Shown here: positions 36,059 to 46,424 of the stretch, in pieces
Numbering within the stretch: position 1 is the stretch's first letter
Layout of the letters: each line of letters starts with the position of its first letter
Program-made: the position numbers and the translations under genes
Origin: a virus
Lineage: Duplodnaviria; Caudoviricetes
Reading direction: 5' to 3' (one strand)
DNA: 64,000 bases
IMG/VR virus record: IMGVR_UViG_3300012979_000041
Coordinates: 6,377-70,376 of that record
The notes under the pieces: model-generated
Seen by the model: the letters and a program-made list of their open reading frames with translations, nothing else
Database searches by the model: none
What the model was told of the DNA's origin: nothing

Positions 36059-36979
36059 ATGAAAACGTTGGCTGTTTGTATTAAGGAATGGATGGAAAAG
36101 TACAAAAGAAATTCTGTGAAACCTGGAACTTTCGATAGGCTGGAGACATCGTATGATGCACTTCTGAGATATCCTATTGCCAATGTAGATGTTGAAAAAA
36201 TCAAGGCTGAAGATATCCAGAGTTATATCAACCAGATGGTTGAAGACGGATATGCTCTATCTACTATCAAGAAGCAATATCATCTGATTAGTGCGTACCT
36301 AAGACACGCAAACACTGAAGGCATTGTTCTTAGACCGATTTACAACAACGTGGCTCTGCCGGCCCAAACTGCTGTAAAAAAGAAAAAGAGAGATATCGAA
36401 AGTTACAGTCAGAAGGAACAGATTGCTTTAGTAAGAGAATTGAAAACACGGAAACATGTTGGATATAGTGCGGCATTGCTTATGTTGGAAACAGGACTGC
36501 GAGTAGGCGAGGTTTTAGCTCTTACTTGGAGCGATATCCAATGGGGAAGAAAAGCGTTGAGCGTCAACAAAACCTTGATTCGAATCGCAAACAAAAGAAA
36601 AAGCGAAGTTCAAGAAGGCGCAAAATCCTTTACTTCGAACAGGATCGTTCCGTTGAGCAAGACCGCATATTCTTTGCTTGAGGCACTGTATCAAGGTGTC
36701 GAAGACGATTATTCTTACATATTCGCAGACGAAAGCGGCATGCCTATAAGTTACGAGGCTATGAGGTATCAAATAAAAAAAGCATGCAGCGAAGCCAATG
36801 TCGAGTATAAGGGCCAACATGTCTTCAGGCATACCTTTGCTACTAACTGCTATAACAAGGGGGCAAATGTAAAACTTTTATCAAGATTGTTAGGACATTG
36901 TGACGTTTCAATAACATATAATACATATATCCATTTATTCGGAGACGCCCTCGAAGAGCTCAGAAGTGTGGTTGGCTAA
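36059..36979 (+). CDS. int: Phage integrase (tyrosine recombinase), no TAG
   Basis: LETGLRVGEVLAL, HVFRHTFAT and LLGHCDVSITYNTY motifs; adjacent to att core; ends TAA. Confidence 0.92.
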   Translation: MKTLAVCIKEWMEKYKRNSVKPGTFDRLETSYDALLRYPIANVDVEKIKAEDIQSYINQMVEDGYALSTIKKQYHLISAYLRHANTEGIVLRPIYNNVALPAQTAVKKKKRDIESYSQKEQIALVRELKTRKHVGYSAALLMLETGLRVGEVLALTWSDIQWGRKALSVNKTLIRIANKRKSEVQEGAKSFTSNRIVPLSKTAYSLLEALYQGVEDDYSYIFADESGMPISYEAMRYQIKKACSEANVEYKGQHVFRHTFATNCYNKGANVKLLSRLLGHCDVSITYNTYIHLFGDALEELRSVVG

Positions 36980-37021
36980 AATGCACAAAAAAAGTAGACC
37001 TGCGTTATACAGATCTACTAA

Positions 37022-37066
37022 GCAGGGGCACTAGGACTCGAACCCAGAACAAAGGTTTTGGAGACC
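37022..37066 (-). other. attP core: 3' half of a tRNA-Trp(CCA) gene
   Basis: - strand GGTCTCCAAAACCTTTGTTCTGGGTTCGAGTCCTAGTGCCCCTGC = anticodon loop, T-arm and acceptor 3' strand of Firmicute tRNA-Trp; no D-arm or 5' acceptor strand upstream; 43 nt from integrase stop. Confidence 0.85.
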
Positions 37067-37200
37067 CTAGGAAACGCAATATGTTGTATCCGAATAATAA
37101 GATTAACCACAACGTATAGTGGGTGCAAAAATAGGAGATTTAAGCCATCAATATCGTTCAAAGTTGACTTGTTTTGGGGCAGTACCAAAAACGATAAAAA

Positions 37201-37270
37201 AAGGGAGCTGTCTTTTCTGACAACTCCCTAATTTTTTCTAGCCTCTGATGTAATGTCAGAGGCTTTTTTT
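37201..37270. terminator. Two hairpin terminators at the convergence of the + and - transcription arms
   Basis: AGGGAG..CTCCCT with A/T tracts on both sides; AGCCTCTGA..TCAGAGGCT followed by TTTTTT. Confidence 0.7.
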
Positions 37271-37314
37271 ATTCGCTCTTGCCTAAGATGCTTTAGGCAT
37301 TGTTTTGGTCTAAA

Positions 37315-37413
37315 TTTTCTTATCATTCATAGAGAAATTTTGATGTCTATATATCATCCTGAACAAGTTATAGGGTGCAATTAGACATCTGCTTTTTCTT
37401 ATCAATGATAGAA
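37315..37413. promoter_or_regulatory. Two copies of a 20-bp operator-like motif (TTTTCTTATCAATGATAGAA)
   Basis: Exact copy 37394-37413; 17/20 copy 37315-37334; third exact copy 63676-63695; central TATCA-A-TGATA palindrome. Confidence 0.5.
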
Positions 37414-37421
37414 CTTTTAGA

Positions 37422-38114
37422 TTAAATATGACAATCGACTAAACTTACGTATGGATTTGAAGGATCTTCTAAGAACTTGAACCATTCTTCAAGATAGGAA
37501 TTCATAGTTTCCGCATTTTCGTCAGAGCATCCAAACCAGCCTACGTCTCCAGGGCTATGCCACGTACCATCAGGAGTAACAAAAGCGTAAGGATAGACAA
37601 TGCTCATTTCTTTCAGAAACTGTTCTTTTGTCCCATAACGACGAAGATAATATTCTTTTCGAAAGAACGGAGGGATACCGTCTATTCCTTCGGAGATCGG
37701 TTCTCCGTTTACGTAATGATCCCAGAAAGCAGATTGTTTTCTAACATCTACTTCAGGACGGAAGTCTAGCTGATTCTTTCTGTATCTATATTCTTCCGTT
37801 GTTTCTCCTTCTTTAGGATCGAACATATAATCTTTGCCGTCAAGCGTATACCAATCCCATTTGGCGTTAGGGTTGCATCTTCTACCATATACTCCGTTCT
37901 CTACGGTACATCCGCAATAATCTTCGAAGTATTCGTCAAACCCTATAGGCGATTCAGGGTGCGCGCTTTTGTATTTTTCATACTTCGCAGTAGGATTCTC
38001 GACTGGGACAAATTTGAAATATTTTTCGTCAGTTTCTGAATACGGAGCAAGAAGCTCATCGAAACTTCGATTATTGCTCGAATTACTGAAAACCGCTACG
38101 CAATAATGACTCAT
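37422..38114 (-). CDS. Hypothetical phage protein (230 aa)
   Basis: Complete ORF; NPNAKWDWY and PYAFVTPDGTWH motifs; ends TAA. Confidence 0.8.
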   Translation of the reverse strand: MSHYCVAVFSNSSNNRSFDELLAPYSETDEKYFKFVPVENPTAKYEKYKSAHPESPIGFDEYFEDYCGCTVENGVYGRRCNPNAKWDWYTLDGKDYMFDPKEGETTEEYRYRKNQLDFRPEVDVRKQSAFWDHYVNGEPISEGIDGIPPFFRKEYYLRRYGTKEQFLKEMSIVYPYAFVTPDGTWHSPGDVGWFGCSDENAETMNSYLEEWFKFLEDPSNPYVSLVDCHI

Positions 38115-38413
38115 GTAGTTCTCCTTTTTGATCGTAACTTTGCTAACATAGCAGAACGTTTTTCTTTTTCTTCTTGAGAATATTTTTTTGGAGCCTTGAT
38201 TCTAATCCAATTCATAGGCTACGCTATCTGAAGACCGTAGGAATTGTCGAAGATTACAGACACTTCATCGGGATGTTCGGTGACAAGAGCTTGCAGCTTT
38301 TTTATTGTCACCCTATGGCTGCTATAAACGTAAGCCACCTCTTCTTCGTAGTCTATGTTAATAACTGTTTCTTGTTCTTCGAACGGCAGCGGTTTCTTTT
38401 CTTCGAAATCCAT
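38111..38413 (-). CDS. Hypothetical protein (1 TAG)
   Basis: Reads through GLQIA*PMNW to a TGA overlapping the next ATG (ATGA). Confidence 0.65.
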
Positions 38414-38417
38414 CGGA

Positions 38418-38627
38418 TCACACTTTCTGAAGATTCATGATCTCTCGTTCGATATACCAGATGGCTTTCTTAAGGTCTTCGATTGCGTCGTTCTTGTGCC
38501 CAGCTCTAGAGATATACTTTATGGCATTTCCCTAATTAAAACCGAAGCCTTTATCTTCGATATATTCAATGACTTCGATTTTTCCGTGAGTATAGTGGGA
38601 AGGATGATTAACCGCATTATTCTCCAT
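38418..38627 (-). CDS. DUF3310 (SaV-like) protein (1 TAG)
   Basis: VNHPSHYT...GFN*GNAIKYISRAGHK...EDLKKAIWYI family signature. Confidence 0.85.
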
Positions 38628-38629
38628 AA

Positions 38630-39154
38630 TTACCTCCCTGTAGATCCAAAGCCGCCTTCACGAACGCCTGGTTCTGAAGCCGCGTCGTCTACTGTAACGC
38701 CATACTGCATGAAAATGCCCTGCATAAATCTGTCTTGTTCGTTTAGGGACAAAGGTTGACGAGAATCGATTTTTGCCATAATATGACCTTCATTGTTGGC
38801 AAAATAGTAATCCCCGTCAATGATGCCTACAGTGTTTGCGAGGCGAACGCCATACTTAAATCCGAGGCCGGAGCGAGGGAAGAGGGCCAGCATCCAGCCA
38901 GGATTGATCTTTACTCGAACGCCCGTAGGAATCGTAACAGGTACGCCTTCGTTTAAAGAGATGTTGTTTGGAAGGTAGAAGTCATATCCCGCAGAGTATT
39001 GAGTTGCTCTTTTAGGAAGAGTAATGTTTTCCCAGACCGTTCGATATTTTTCAATTTGCGCATCGTCGTCCGAGTTTACGATGCGCTAAGCAACCAGGTC
39101 TTTCTAATATTGTTCGAAAGATACTTTTTCAAATGTAGCAACTTCGTTGATCAT
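38630..39154 (-). CDS. dut: dUTPase, trimeric type (2 TAG)
   Basis: LPKRATQYSAGYDF, PRSGLG, GIIDGDY, QGIF and REGGFGSTG motifs. Confidence 0.9.
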
Positions 39155-39182
39155 ACATATCCTTCTTTCTTAGTTTGTCGTT

Positions 39183-39317
39183 TTAGTCTTCGCTTCGATA
39201 AGGATTCATCGAACACTGAGAGCAGAACAATTCCAAGTTTCCATCTTCGTCGACATAATAATTGTCACCATAGATGCTACATTCGTAGCAGTGATCAAAT
39301 TCTTCATATTCTACCAT
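39183..39317 (-). CDS. Small Cys-rich acidic protein (44 aa)
   Basis: ATG...HCYECS...FCSQCS...TAA fills the gap between neighbours. Confidence 0.4.
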   Translation of the reverse strand: MVEYEEFDHCYECSIYGDNYYVDEDGNLELFCSQCSMNPYRSED

Positions 39318-39340
39318 TGACTATAGTCCTTTGTTTCAGA

Positions 39341-39550
39341 TTATTCATAGACTGGGATCTTGATGTATAGACCACAACAACATTCCTGCGTTTCTTTGAA
39401 TGTTTTACAAGGACATTTCGTGTCAGCAGTTTTTTCCTACTGACACGGACAATAACCATTATTATCTTTGATCCGCTTCTTCAGGTCTTTGACGTATTCT
39501 TTTTCAGGATTTTTGACGACCTGGTATTTTACTGAGTCGGAGAAGCTCAT
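39341..39550 (-). CDS. Ferredoxin-thioredoxin reductase catalytic-subunit-like protein (1 TAG)
   Basis: GYCPCQ*EK...KCPCK...ECCCGLY Cys pattern. Confidence 0.75.
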
Positions 39551-39921
39551 TTGGCACACTCCTTCTCGGCTTTCTTTACGATTTTGCGAATAGCAGAAGA
39601 ACTGCCGAACAGTTTCTTGCATACTGCGGCAGTGAATGCGGCATAATGGTCATTTGAATCGTCAGAGGATTTTCTTACGATGGTTTTTGTGCCATCATCC
39701 CACAGAACAATGGCAACTGGGCCGCTGAAAATAACTCTTTTGATTCCTGGAATATACTACTTTTTTTCAACCATTGGCTTAATAGCGTCGTCCAGAATTG
39801 AGAAAACAGAACTGTAACCATCTAGACGGTTGCTTGTTTTAGTTGGCTGTGTGATATATTCGTAAAGAGAAGGAGTTGTTGAGTTTGTTGTTGTTGTTGT
39901 CTAGAGACTTTCGATGATCAT
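39547..39921 (-). CDS. Hypothetical phage protein (1 TAG)
   Basis: IKRVIFSGPVAIVLWDDGTKTIV motif; ATGA overlaps at both ends. Confidence 0.7.
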
Positions 39922-40400
39922 TTTGTTTGACCTCCTAACTGGTCAATGCATTGTTGTACGTGCTTTTCAGTTAATCCACCGGTGTAGAAGTTTGTTTGAA
40001 CGAGATGAGGAAGAATGCCATTACTTTCGTAATCAGGGAAAATATCGTCGTCGAGAACGATCCACTGGTCTACATGAGGATGTCGGGCAAGCCATTCTGT
40101 AACAGCTTGCCCTCTTTTTTCCGTCATGCCCATCAGATATTCGGTTTTATCTATGATGTGAAGCCCGAACCTCTTTAGTCTTCCGATTAAATACAAAGCG
40201 TCTTTTCCGCAGGCTTCTTCGTCAAACTCCCATTCTCTTCTCCATGTGGAATTTAAGACGATTCTTGCTCCTGTTTCTTGAACAATTTTTCGAAGATTTT
40301 TCAATGGCTGGCTTGCTACGCCAAGACATCCGCTTGGAGCTCTGGCTTCGGTAACCGCGAAGTTAAGTACGCCATCTACATCTAAGAAGATAACCTTCAT
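39918..40400 (-). CDS. HAD-superfamily domain protein
   Basis: MKVIFLDVDGVLN (DxD motif I), IVLNSTWR, IVLDD. Confidence 0.8.
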   Translation of the reverse strand: MKVIFLDVDGVLNFAVTEARAPSGCLGVASQPLKNLRKIVQETGARIVLNSTWRREWEFDEEACGKDALYLIGRLKRFGLHIIDKTEYLMGMTEKRGQAVTEWLARHPHVDQWIVLDDDIFPDYESNGILPHLVQTNFYTGGLTEKHVQQCIDQLGGQTK

Positions 40401-40401
40401 A

Positions 40402-41016
40402 TTATGCGACCTCTTCCAATGCAGAAACGACGTAATCGCACACTTTGTTTTCCAAGCAGAAAGTGGCATCTAGCTCCCAGTCGTTGTTTCTCTTTTTATA
40501 CAGAAGGGTTTTATTGATTTCGGTATTTTCAAGAATAAAATCCTTCATACGCTTAAGTTCCTTCTTATAGCTGTCGGAAGCGTCCATAACTTTGACAGCA
40601 TCACCAGCAAACTGAGCGGAGCCTTCGTGGATAACAACTTTAGCATTTGGCATCATGTATCGCACATGACCAGAAATGAAAATGCTTGCAGCAGCGGAAG
40701 CTGCCACACCGCAGTTAATCGTATGCACCGGCGTAGTAGATGCTTTGATAGCATCGATCAGCATCCACATGCTGTCGACATCGCCGCCATAAGACATAAC
40801 GTAAATCTTAATAGGCTTACGTTCTTCAGCAGGCTTACCTTTGTCTTCAAGATTCCAGCGTACGATCATGCGGTGAATTGTGAGTACTTCTGATGATACG
40901 TCGAAGTCCAGATAGATAATGCGTTCCTTCTCCAGAACATAATAACTGATAGAATCTGGAGCCGGAAGAACCTGGTCGGGGAGAGTTTCTAATACGCCTT
41001 GGAGTAATTCACTCAT
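40402..41016 (-). CDS. ClpP-like serine protease subunit
   Basis: YVMSYGGDV, GVAASAAASIF, VVIHEGS motifs. Confidence 0.85.
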   Translation of the reverse strand: MSELLQGVLETLPDQVLPAPDSISYYVLEKERIIYLDFDVSSEVLTIHRMIVRWNLEDKGKPAEERKPIKIYVMSYGGDVDSMWMLIDAIKASTTPVHTINCGVAASAAASIFISGHVRYMMPNAKVVIHEGSAQFAGDAVKVMDASDSYKKELKRMKDFILENTEINKTLLYKKRNNDWELDATFCLENKVCDYVVSALEEVA

Positions 41017-41028
41017 TGATTGTTCTCC

Positions 41029-41883
41029 TTATTGTTTATTTAGTAGATCTGCGAGCTTTGCAGTCTCGCTTCTAACAGATTCGTTGAGATGAATGTACGA
41101 GAAGAGTCTATGACCTGATAAGCAGTCAATGGCGGCTTCTAGTCCATTGTCTTTTTCAAACGCTTTTGCATCGATCTGCCGACAATCACCTTCAAGAATC
41201 AAGATAGAACCCTCGGCAACGCGGCCTAACAGTAGCTGAACGTGTTCTCTGGTAAGATGTTCTGCTTCTGAACAGAAAATGATCGTTCGCTTGATGTCTC
41301 TGCCTCGAAGGAATCCTAAGTGTTCTACTTCGATTTGGCCGCGCTGAATGAAAGCGTCCAACATTTCTCGACCGCCAAGATGGTCAGCTAAAGGCATTGC
41401 CCATACGGACATTTTGTCGTAGAAAGTTCCTTTTAGGTATCCGATAGGGTTAGAATCTTTTACTTCAATGTTGTTTCTAACCCACATGATCTTATCGAAC
41501 TTGCCGTTTTGAATGAGATTAAAAGCTGCAGCGCAAGCTAAAAATGTTTTGCCAGACCCGAATCCGCCAGACATGACTTTAACCGTTGTCGTGTCGTCCA
41601 GCAGCATATCAATTGCGCATTCTTGCTGTGTGTTTTTGGCTTTTACTTTTCCCAAAGCTGAGCTTTCGATTGGCTTTCTGTTAAGTGGACGGTGTTTGCC
41701 GTCTTGCCACTTATATCGATCTACAATCGTACCAGATTCGTCTGCGATCAACTAATATTGGTTTTCGAATAAATCATAAAAGTTGATGTTTTTGTCTGCG
41801 TAGAAATTTGAAAGCTGCGGGTCGTTAGGCTACACGATCTTGTAACCGCTGTAGGTTGTTCCAATGTCGAGGATAAAGATCAC
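41029..41883 (-). CDS. phoH: PhoH-family ATPase (2 TAG)
   Basis: GGFGSGKT Walker A, FLRGRDI, EAEH, GDCRQID; GTG start overlapping upstream TGA; ENQY*LI. Confidence 0.85.
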
Positions 41884-42452
41884 TCCTTACCTTCCGGTAG
41901 AACTGGTTTGAACCGTTCGTCGGAAATGATTTCTTCGAGGGATACTGGTTCATAATTCCATAGCATGCAGCCGACATTATACATATTGCAAGAGATATCT
42001 AATTGCTGCATCTCTCGTTTATAGCTTTCTACCATATTCCATTCGTGAGAATTATGAACATGTCCATACAACATGTACGAACCATAATGATGCTTGTTGA
42101 AAAACGGGATAGGATAATGGCTGAGTACGATGAAATTATTTTCTATCCTGATTTCAGCGTAATCTACGATAGAATCGAATAAACTCTTCGTTTCGGTGTT
42201 TAACCATCGGTCATCGTGGTTTCCTTTAACAAGAATCTTCTTGCCTTTTAGTTGTTTAAGAATCTCTGCTGTTTTATCTTTTCTATGCCAGCTGACATCT
42301 CCAAGAATGTATACAGTGTCGTTTTCTGTTACTTTCCGATTCCATGACGCAATCATAAAGGTGTCCATTTCATCGGTCGACCGAAAAGGACGATTGTCGA
42401 AACGAATGATGTTGTTGTGTCCAAAATGAAGGTCTGAAGTAAAATATATCAA
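41880..42452 (-). CDS. Calcineurin-like metallophosphoesterase
   Basis: TSDLHFGH, LGD, GNHD, LSHYP, LYGHVH motifs. Confidence 0.9.
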   Translation of the reverse strand: MIYFTSDLHFGHNNIIRFDNRPFRSTDEMDTFMIASWNRKVTENDTVYILGDVSWHRKDKTAEILKQLKGKKILVKGNHDDRWLNTETKSLFDSIVDYAEIRIENNFIVLSHYPIPFFNKHHYGSYMLYGHVHNSHEWNMVESYKREMQQLDISCNMYNVGCMLWNYEPVSLEEIISDERFKPVLPEGKE

Positions 42453-43030
42453 GCGTCGTTTACTCCTTCCTAGTTCGGAGGCTCAAGTTGCTTTTGCGAA
42501 ATTAACCAAGCAATCGCCACAGCAGCAGCATCGGATTCGTCGTCGCATGAGTAAGATTGTTCTCCAAGGTAGTCAGACTAAGCTTTTGTTACTAACGTTT
42601 TGTCTGCTTTGCCGTTGCCGGTTAAGATTTTCTTGATTTGTGAAGGGCCAATATCTGCCCATGTTTTTTTGAGCCGCCACAAAAACCAGTCAGTCTATCC
42701 ATGAACTTTTGCTATGCCGATCATAGCTAGCGGCATAGATCCCTAGGCTACTTTTTCACGAACGTAAAAGGTTGGGATTCCGTCTTCTTCGTCAGGGAAA
42801 AAGAATGCCATCTCTCGAAGTATTTCGTCTAGCAACTGCCCGTGAGGTTTTACGTTTCTTTTATTGTCGACGTTTGTGAATTCAATTTCTGAAATGACGG
42901 GCTTGTCTGTTGTTTTATCTACAAGCATCTTACAGAAACCAGGTCTTTTAATGCTCTAATCCGCAGAGACGATACGATAAACGGAAGGAAAATCTATTTC
43001 GGCTGCTTTTTTCGAAATCTTTTTAGCCAT
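42449..43030 (-). CDS. RuvC-like Holliday junction resolvase (5 TAG)
   Basis: IVSAD*SIKRPGF, YVREK, IKKILTGNGKADK, DDESDAAAVAI; TGA overlaps next start. Confidence 0.8.
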
Positions 43031-43388
43031 CTTTCGATTCTCCTATTGTGTTTTGTTTCGTTGCCGCAATAAGAGCTTCTTGTTTTGAACCGAAAAGTTC
43101 GCTTTGGTCAAACATGGCTATTGTATCGTCTATCATATATTCAACATTATCCATGCCGTCTGCGTCTATGTTCACATGAATATAATCTATTGTTGCTTTC
43201 TTAGGAACATATGTAGTATGTATTTCTTGTAGCCGCCCGTTAACACAGGAGATGTTTTTATATTTTACGAAACAGTTATCTCCTTTTCCATTGCAAATAG
43301 GACAGATCTTGTTCAAATCAGTTTGAAAATCTTGCGTAACTAGACGATAAACCTCGTCTCCGATATTATATTTGGTGCGTATAATCAT
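43023..43388 (-). CDS. Hypothetical protein with CxxC motif
   Basis: TKYNIGDEVY, CPICNGKG; TAATG-coupled to nrdG. Confidence 0.7.
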   Translation of the reverse strand: MIIRTKYNIGDEVYRLVTQDFQTDLNKICPICNGKGDNCFVKYKNISCVNGRLQEIHTTYVPKKATIDYIHVNIDADGMDNVEYMIDDTIAMFDQSELFGSKQEALIAATKQNTIGESKDG

Positions 43389-43867
43389 TATAAATCTTCC
43401 TTCCAAAACTTGTATGTTAAATCTTGATAGCGTATACCTGACCGTGTGTGATATAAGCTATAGAAACGCTGATTAGTTGTCGGCATGTTGATTGGACCTT
43501 TTTCAGCGTCATAACGTCCGAGTTTTAGATAGTCTAATCTATAACAAAGATCCATATCGAGTTTTCGCACATCGTCTATTCCAGTGTACAGGCAAGTTTT
43601 TAAACCATGTTGCTTGACTTTTTCACAAGCTTTGATTAGTTCTGTTTGATCGTGATCTCCGCCCATGAAACATATGCAGCTGATGTAAGGCATGTGTCTT
43701 TCAATCATAAAATCGAGATCGTCAAGCAGATTGCACCCGGCGTCTTCCCATAAATACTGAGAATGACAGCCGGGGCAACGATGCTGACAACCAGAAATGT
43801 TGATGCCTAGAGAAATTTCATTAGGTACTTCCTGAAATACTATGGCATAATTTCTGTATTTAAGCAT
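43388..43867 (-). CDS. nrdG: Anaerobic ribonucleotide reductase activase (radical SAM)
   Basis: CQHRCPGCHS CxxxCxxC motif; adjacent to nrdD. Confidence 0.9.
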   Translation of the reverse strand: MLKYRNYAIVFQEVPNEISLGINISGCQHRCPGCHSQYLWEDAGCNLLDDLDFMIERHMPYISCICFMGGDHDQTELIKACEKVKQHGLKTCLYTGIDDVRKLDMDLCYRLDYLKLGRYDAEKGPINMPTTNQRFYSLYHTRSGIRYQDLTYKFWKEDL

Positions 43868-43878
43868 ACTTCACCTAC

Positions 43879-45759
43879 TTAAACGTCTGAAGACGCATAG
43901 AAACGCTTACGTTCTTCCTTTTGCCGTGCTTCGCTAAAGGAAGAAACAAGCTTAAGATATCCGATGACTCTTGTAGCCCAGTCGATTTTAGCGCTACCGC
44001 ATTTAGGGCAGGTGTTTAGCTTTCTCTTGCTGATGTGTCCACAGTCTCTACATACCGTATTAGGAATATTGAACGTGAAATAGGGACATCCTGTTTTGAT
44101 GGCAATATCAAGCAATTTTAGATATTGCTCTTTGGACAGATGTTCATTCAAGTTGCAATGCAATGCAGAGCCGCCATCCAGATATTGAGTAAACTTCTTG
44201 CCGTGGAGAATAAACTTTTCTACGGGGTCTGTTTCTTCGTCTTCTACGAGGTAGAAATAACTGTTATAACATTCTCTCGGGGCAACATATCCGTCTCGAG
44301 AATCCCAATAAGCATTCTTAACACCAAGATTTTCAGCAGGAACATATTCTGTGTTAAACATGCAATTTTCGTCGCGATCTTCTTTATTTAATCTGTAAGT
44401 CGTTCCAAGAACATCATTGATAAACGTTTCATAGTTTTTATCTGTGCTTCTGATTTCACAACCCATAAACTCGGCAGCTTCGATAAGACCGTTGATGCCT
44501 ACGGTCAGATACTGTCTGTCTGGCGCAACAAAGCCTGCGTCATAGAGAGGCAACAGTCTAGCGTTGTATCTGTCAAGAAGAATGGAGTTGAAAGCTTTCA
44601 GATATTTGTGAACTCGTTTGACAATATCTGTAATGTATTCAAGCGTTCCTTGATATGTGCCAGAAGGATTTAGCTTCCAATACTCTTGTACGACTCTATT
44701 GAAATTGATAGTCATAACACATTTGGAACCCGTAGATACACCGCCGGCTCCAAGAGTATAAGAGAATTGGTTATCTTGGATCTCGTTAGCGAGTCTGCAA
44801 CAGCTAGCGAGGCTATCGACCGAACTGCTGCGATACAGGAAGAAACTATGACCTTCTGCCCACATCTCCGCTGCGAAATCTTTCCAGTCCAGATCAACAT
44901 ATCCGTTTCCATCATCGAGAAGGTTGACTGTTTCGACAGGGAAGGTGAGTACCTTGCGTTTGCGTTCCTGATTGAACCATTTCATAAAGCGCTTTTGCAA
45001 CCAGTTTACGCTATCCCAGATAGGAACTGTGCCGTCTGGAAAGCAGAAATCTTCGAACATTCCTTCGAAGTATGGCCGATCAAAATAAGCGATATTCCAG
45101 AAACAAGCCTGATTGCCTCTTGCTGCAGCAGGCTGGTTGATACTATATACAACTTGCTCAAATCCATCTGTAATTACTTTGTCGATGGTACGTTGACGAG
45201 AAGATAGATCAACAATGGTATCTGCCTTCGTATAATAATCGTCGCCGTATTCTTTTCTGATGAAGTAATCCAGATACATTAAATACTCTGGTGTAGCAAC
45301 AGCTCCAGCAAGCTGAGCTGCCGAAGCAAATACGAAATTAACAAAGCTTCCATTGAAAGATTGCTAATTCGTAGGTGCGGTGGAGGTGCCACCAAGCCCA
45401 GTGATTCCATGCAGAAGAAAAGGATACATTGTGACACTAGCACAATAAGGCTTGCCAACAACGGCTGTTTCGTCGTGCCGGTAAATGCGATGCTTCTCCA
45501 GATCGTCAATATATTGGGCAGCAAGCTCGCGGTCATACATTTCCGTAATCCGCTGCTGCATAGCCTATCGATTCAGAGCAATAGACTCTTTTTTAAACAT
45601 TTCAGCTTCCATTGTGGCAATGGATTTCATTTCCACATTGGCATTGGAGTCGACTTCTGACCCGCTGGCAGCATTCGATGCGGAAGCATATTTAGAAATA
45701 AAGCTCTAATAAGGCTGACGGTCAGCATATCGGAAAGACTTAACAACGGTTTCACTCAT
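43879..45759 (-). CDS. nrdD: Anaerobic ribonucleoside-triphosphate reductase, class III (3 TAG)
   Basis: KPYCAS, SCCRL, PAENL, C-terminal CxxC..CxxC and RVIGYL glycyl-radical motif; APTN*QSFNG. Confidence 0.92.
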
Positions 45760-45988
45760 TGTTGTCACCTCTCAGATTTATAATTCCTTGCAGGTTATAT
45801 ACCACAACATATTCCGATGATTCGTTCTGGATTTCTAGCATCGGTACAGTTTTAAACCCTTTGGCAATGGCAAGGTTGGTATCCGCGATTTTTTCAAACG
45901 GCATACCGATTTTTTGCTAATGTGCTACGGCTACTTCGCATTTCGGGCAATGCGGAGCAGTATATAATTTTGCGATTGGTTTTTCCAT
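45752..45988 (-). CDS. Glutaredoxin/NrdH-like redoxin (1 TAG)
   Basis: CPKC active site, GFKTVPML cis-Pro motif; VAH*QKIG. Confidence 0.8.
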
Positions 45989-46139
45989 TATTCCGCTCCT
46001 TACATAAAAAATTGAAGGCCCGGGGGCCTTCGAAATTAGAACGGTAAACTGTTTAGTTTTGAAAGTCTTCATCCTACGATGGCTTTTTATCTTGATCACC
46101 ATCCCAGACACGGCTGTCAACATAACCCATAACAACCTG

Positions 46140-46424
46140 TTAATCTTCGTCGGGGTAATCGGGCCCGTCGTAATAAGTGGCTGGAGAATGTTTGCCAGGA
46201 AGATCGGGAAAAATCTCTTCTACTGGTAACCCTTCAGAAACACACCAATCATAGAAATCCATCTGAGGAAGATTCTTCAAAGCTTCGACAATTTCTTCAC
46301 GTTTTTTCTCGAACTCTGAAGGCGTCATTTCCTTAATTTGTTTGACGACAGCAGGGATAACAGTTTTAGAGTAGGACATTTGTTCTTCCATGTATGAGAT
46401 GTATTTGCCTTCGTTCGTAAGCAT
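46140..46424 (-). CDS. Hypothetical protein (94 aa)
   Basis: TAATG-coupled to thyX, ends TAA; GC hairpin downstream. Confidence 0.6.
   Translation of the reverse strand: MLTNEGKYISYMEEQMSYSKTVIPAVVKQIKEMTPSEFEKKREEIVEALKNLPQMDFYDWCVSEGLPVEEIFPDLPGKHSPATYYDGPDYPDED

Noticed and set aside
37022-37066. Functional tRNA-Trp gene
   Set aside because: Only the 3' half is present; no D-arm or 5' acceptor strand, so it is interpreted as the att core.
37394-37413. Resemblance of the palindrome to the Tn10 tet operator (CTATCATTGATAG)
   Set aside because: Short AT-rich similarity with no tetR/tetA nearby; treated as coincidental.
39886-39900. (TTG)n microsatellite as a phase-variation tract
   Set aside because: Triplet repeat encoding a poly-Thr linker; length change would not shift the frame.
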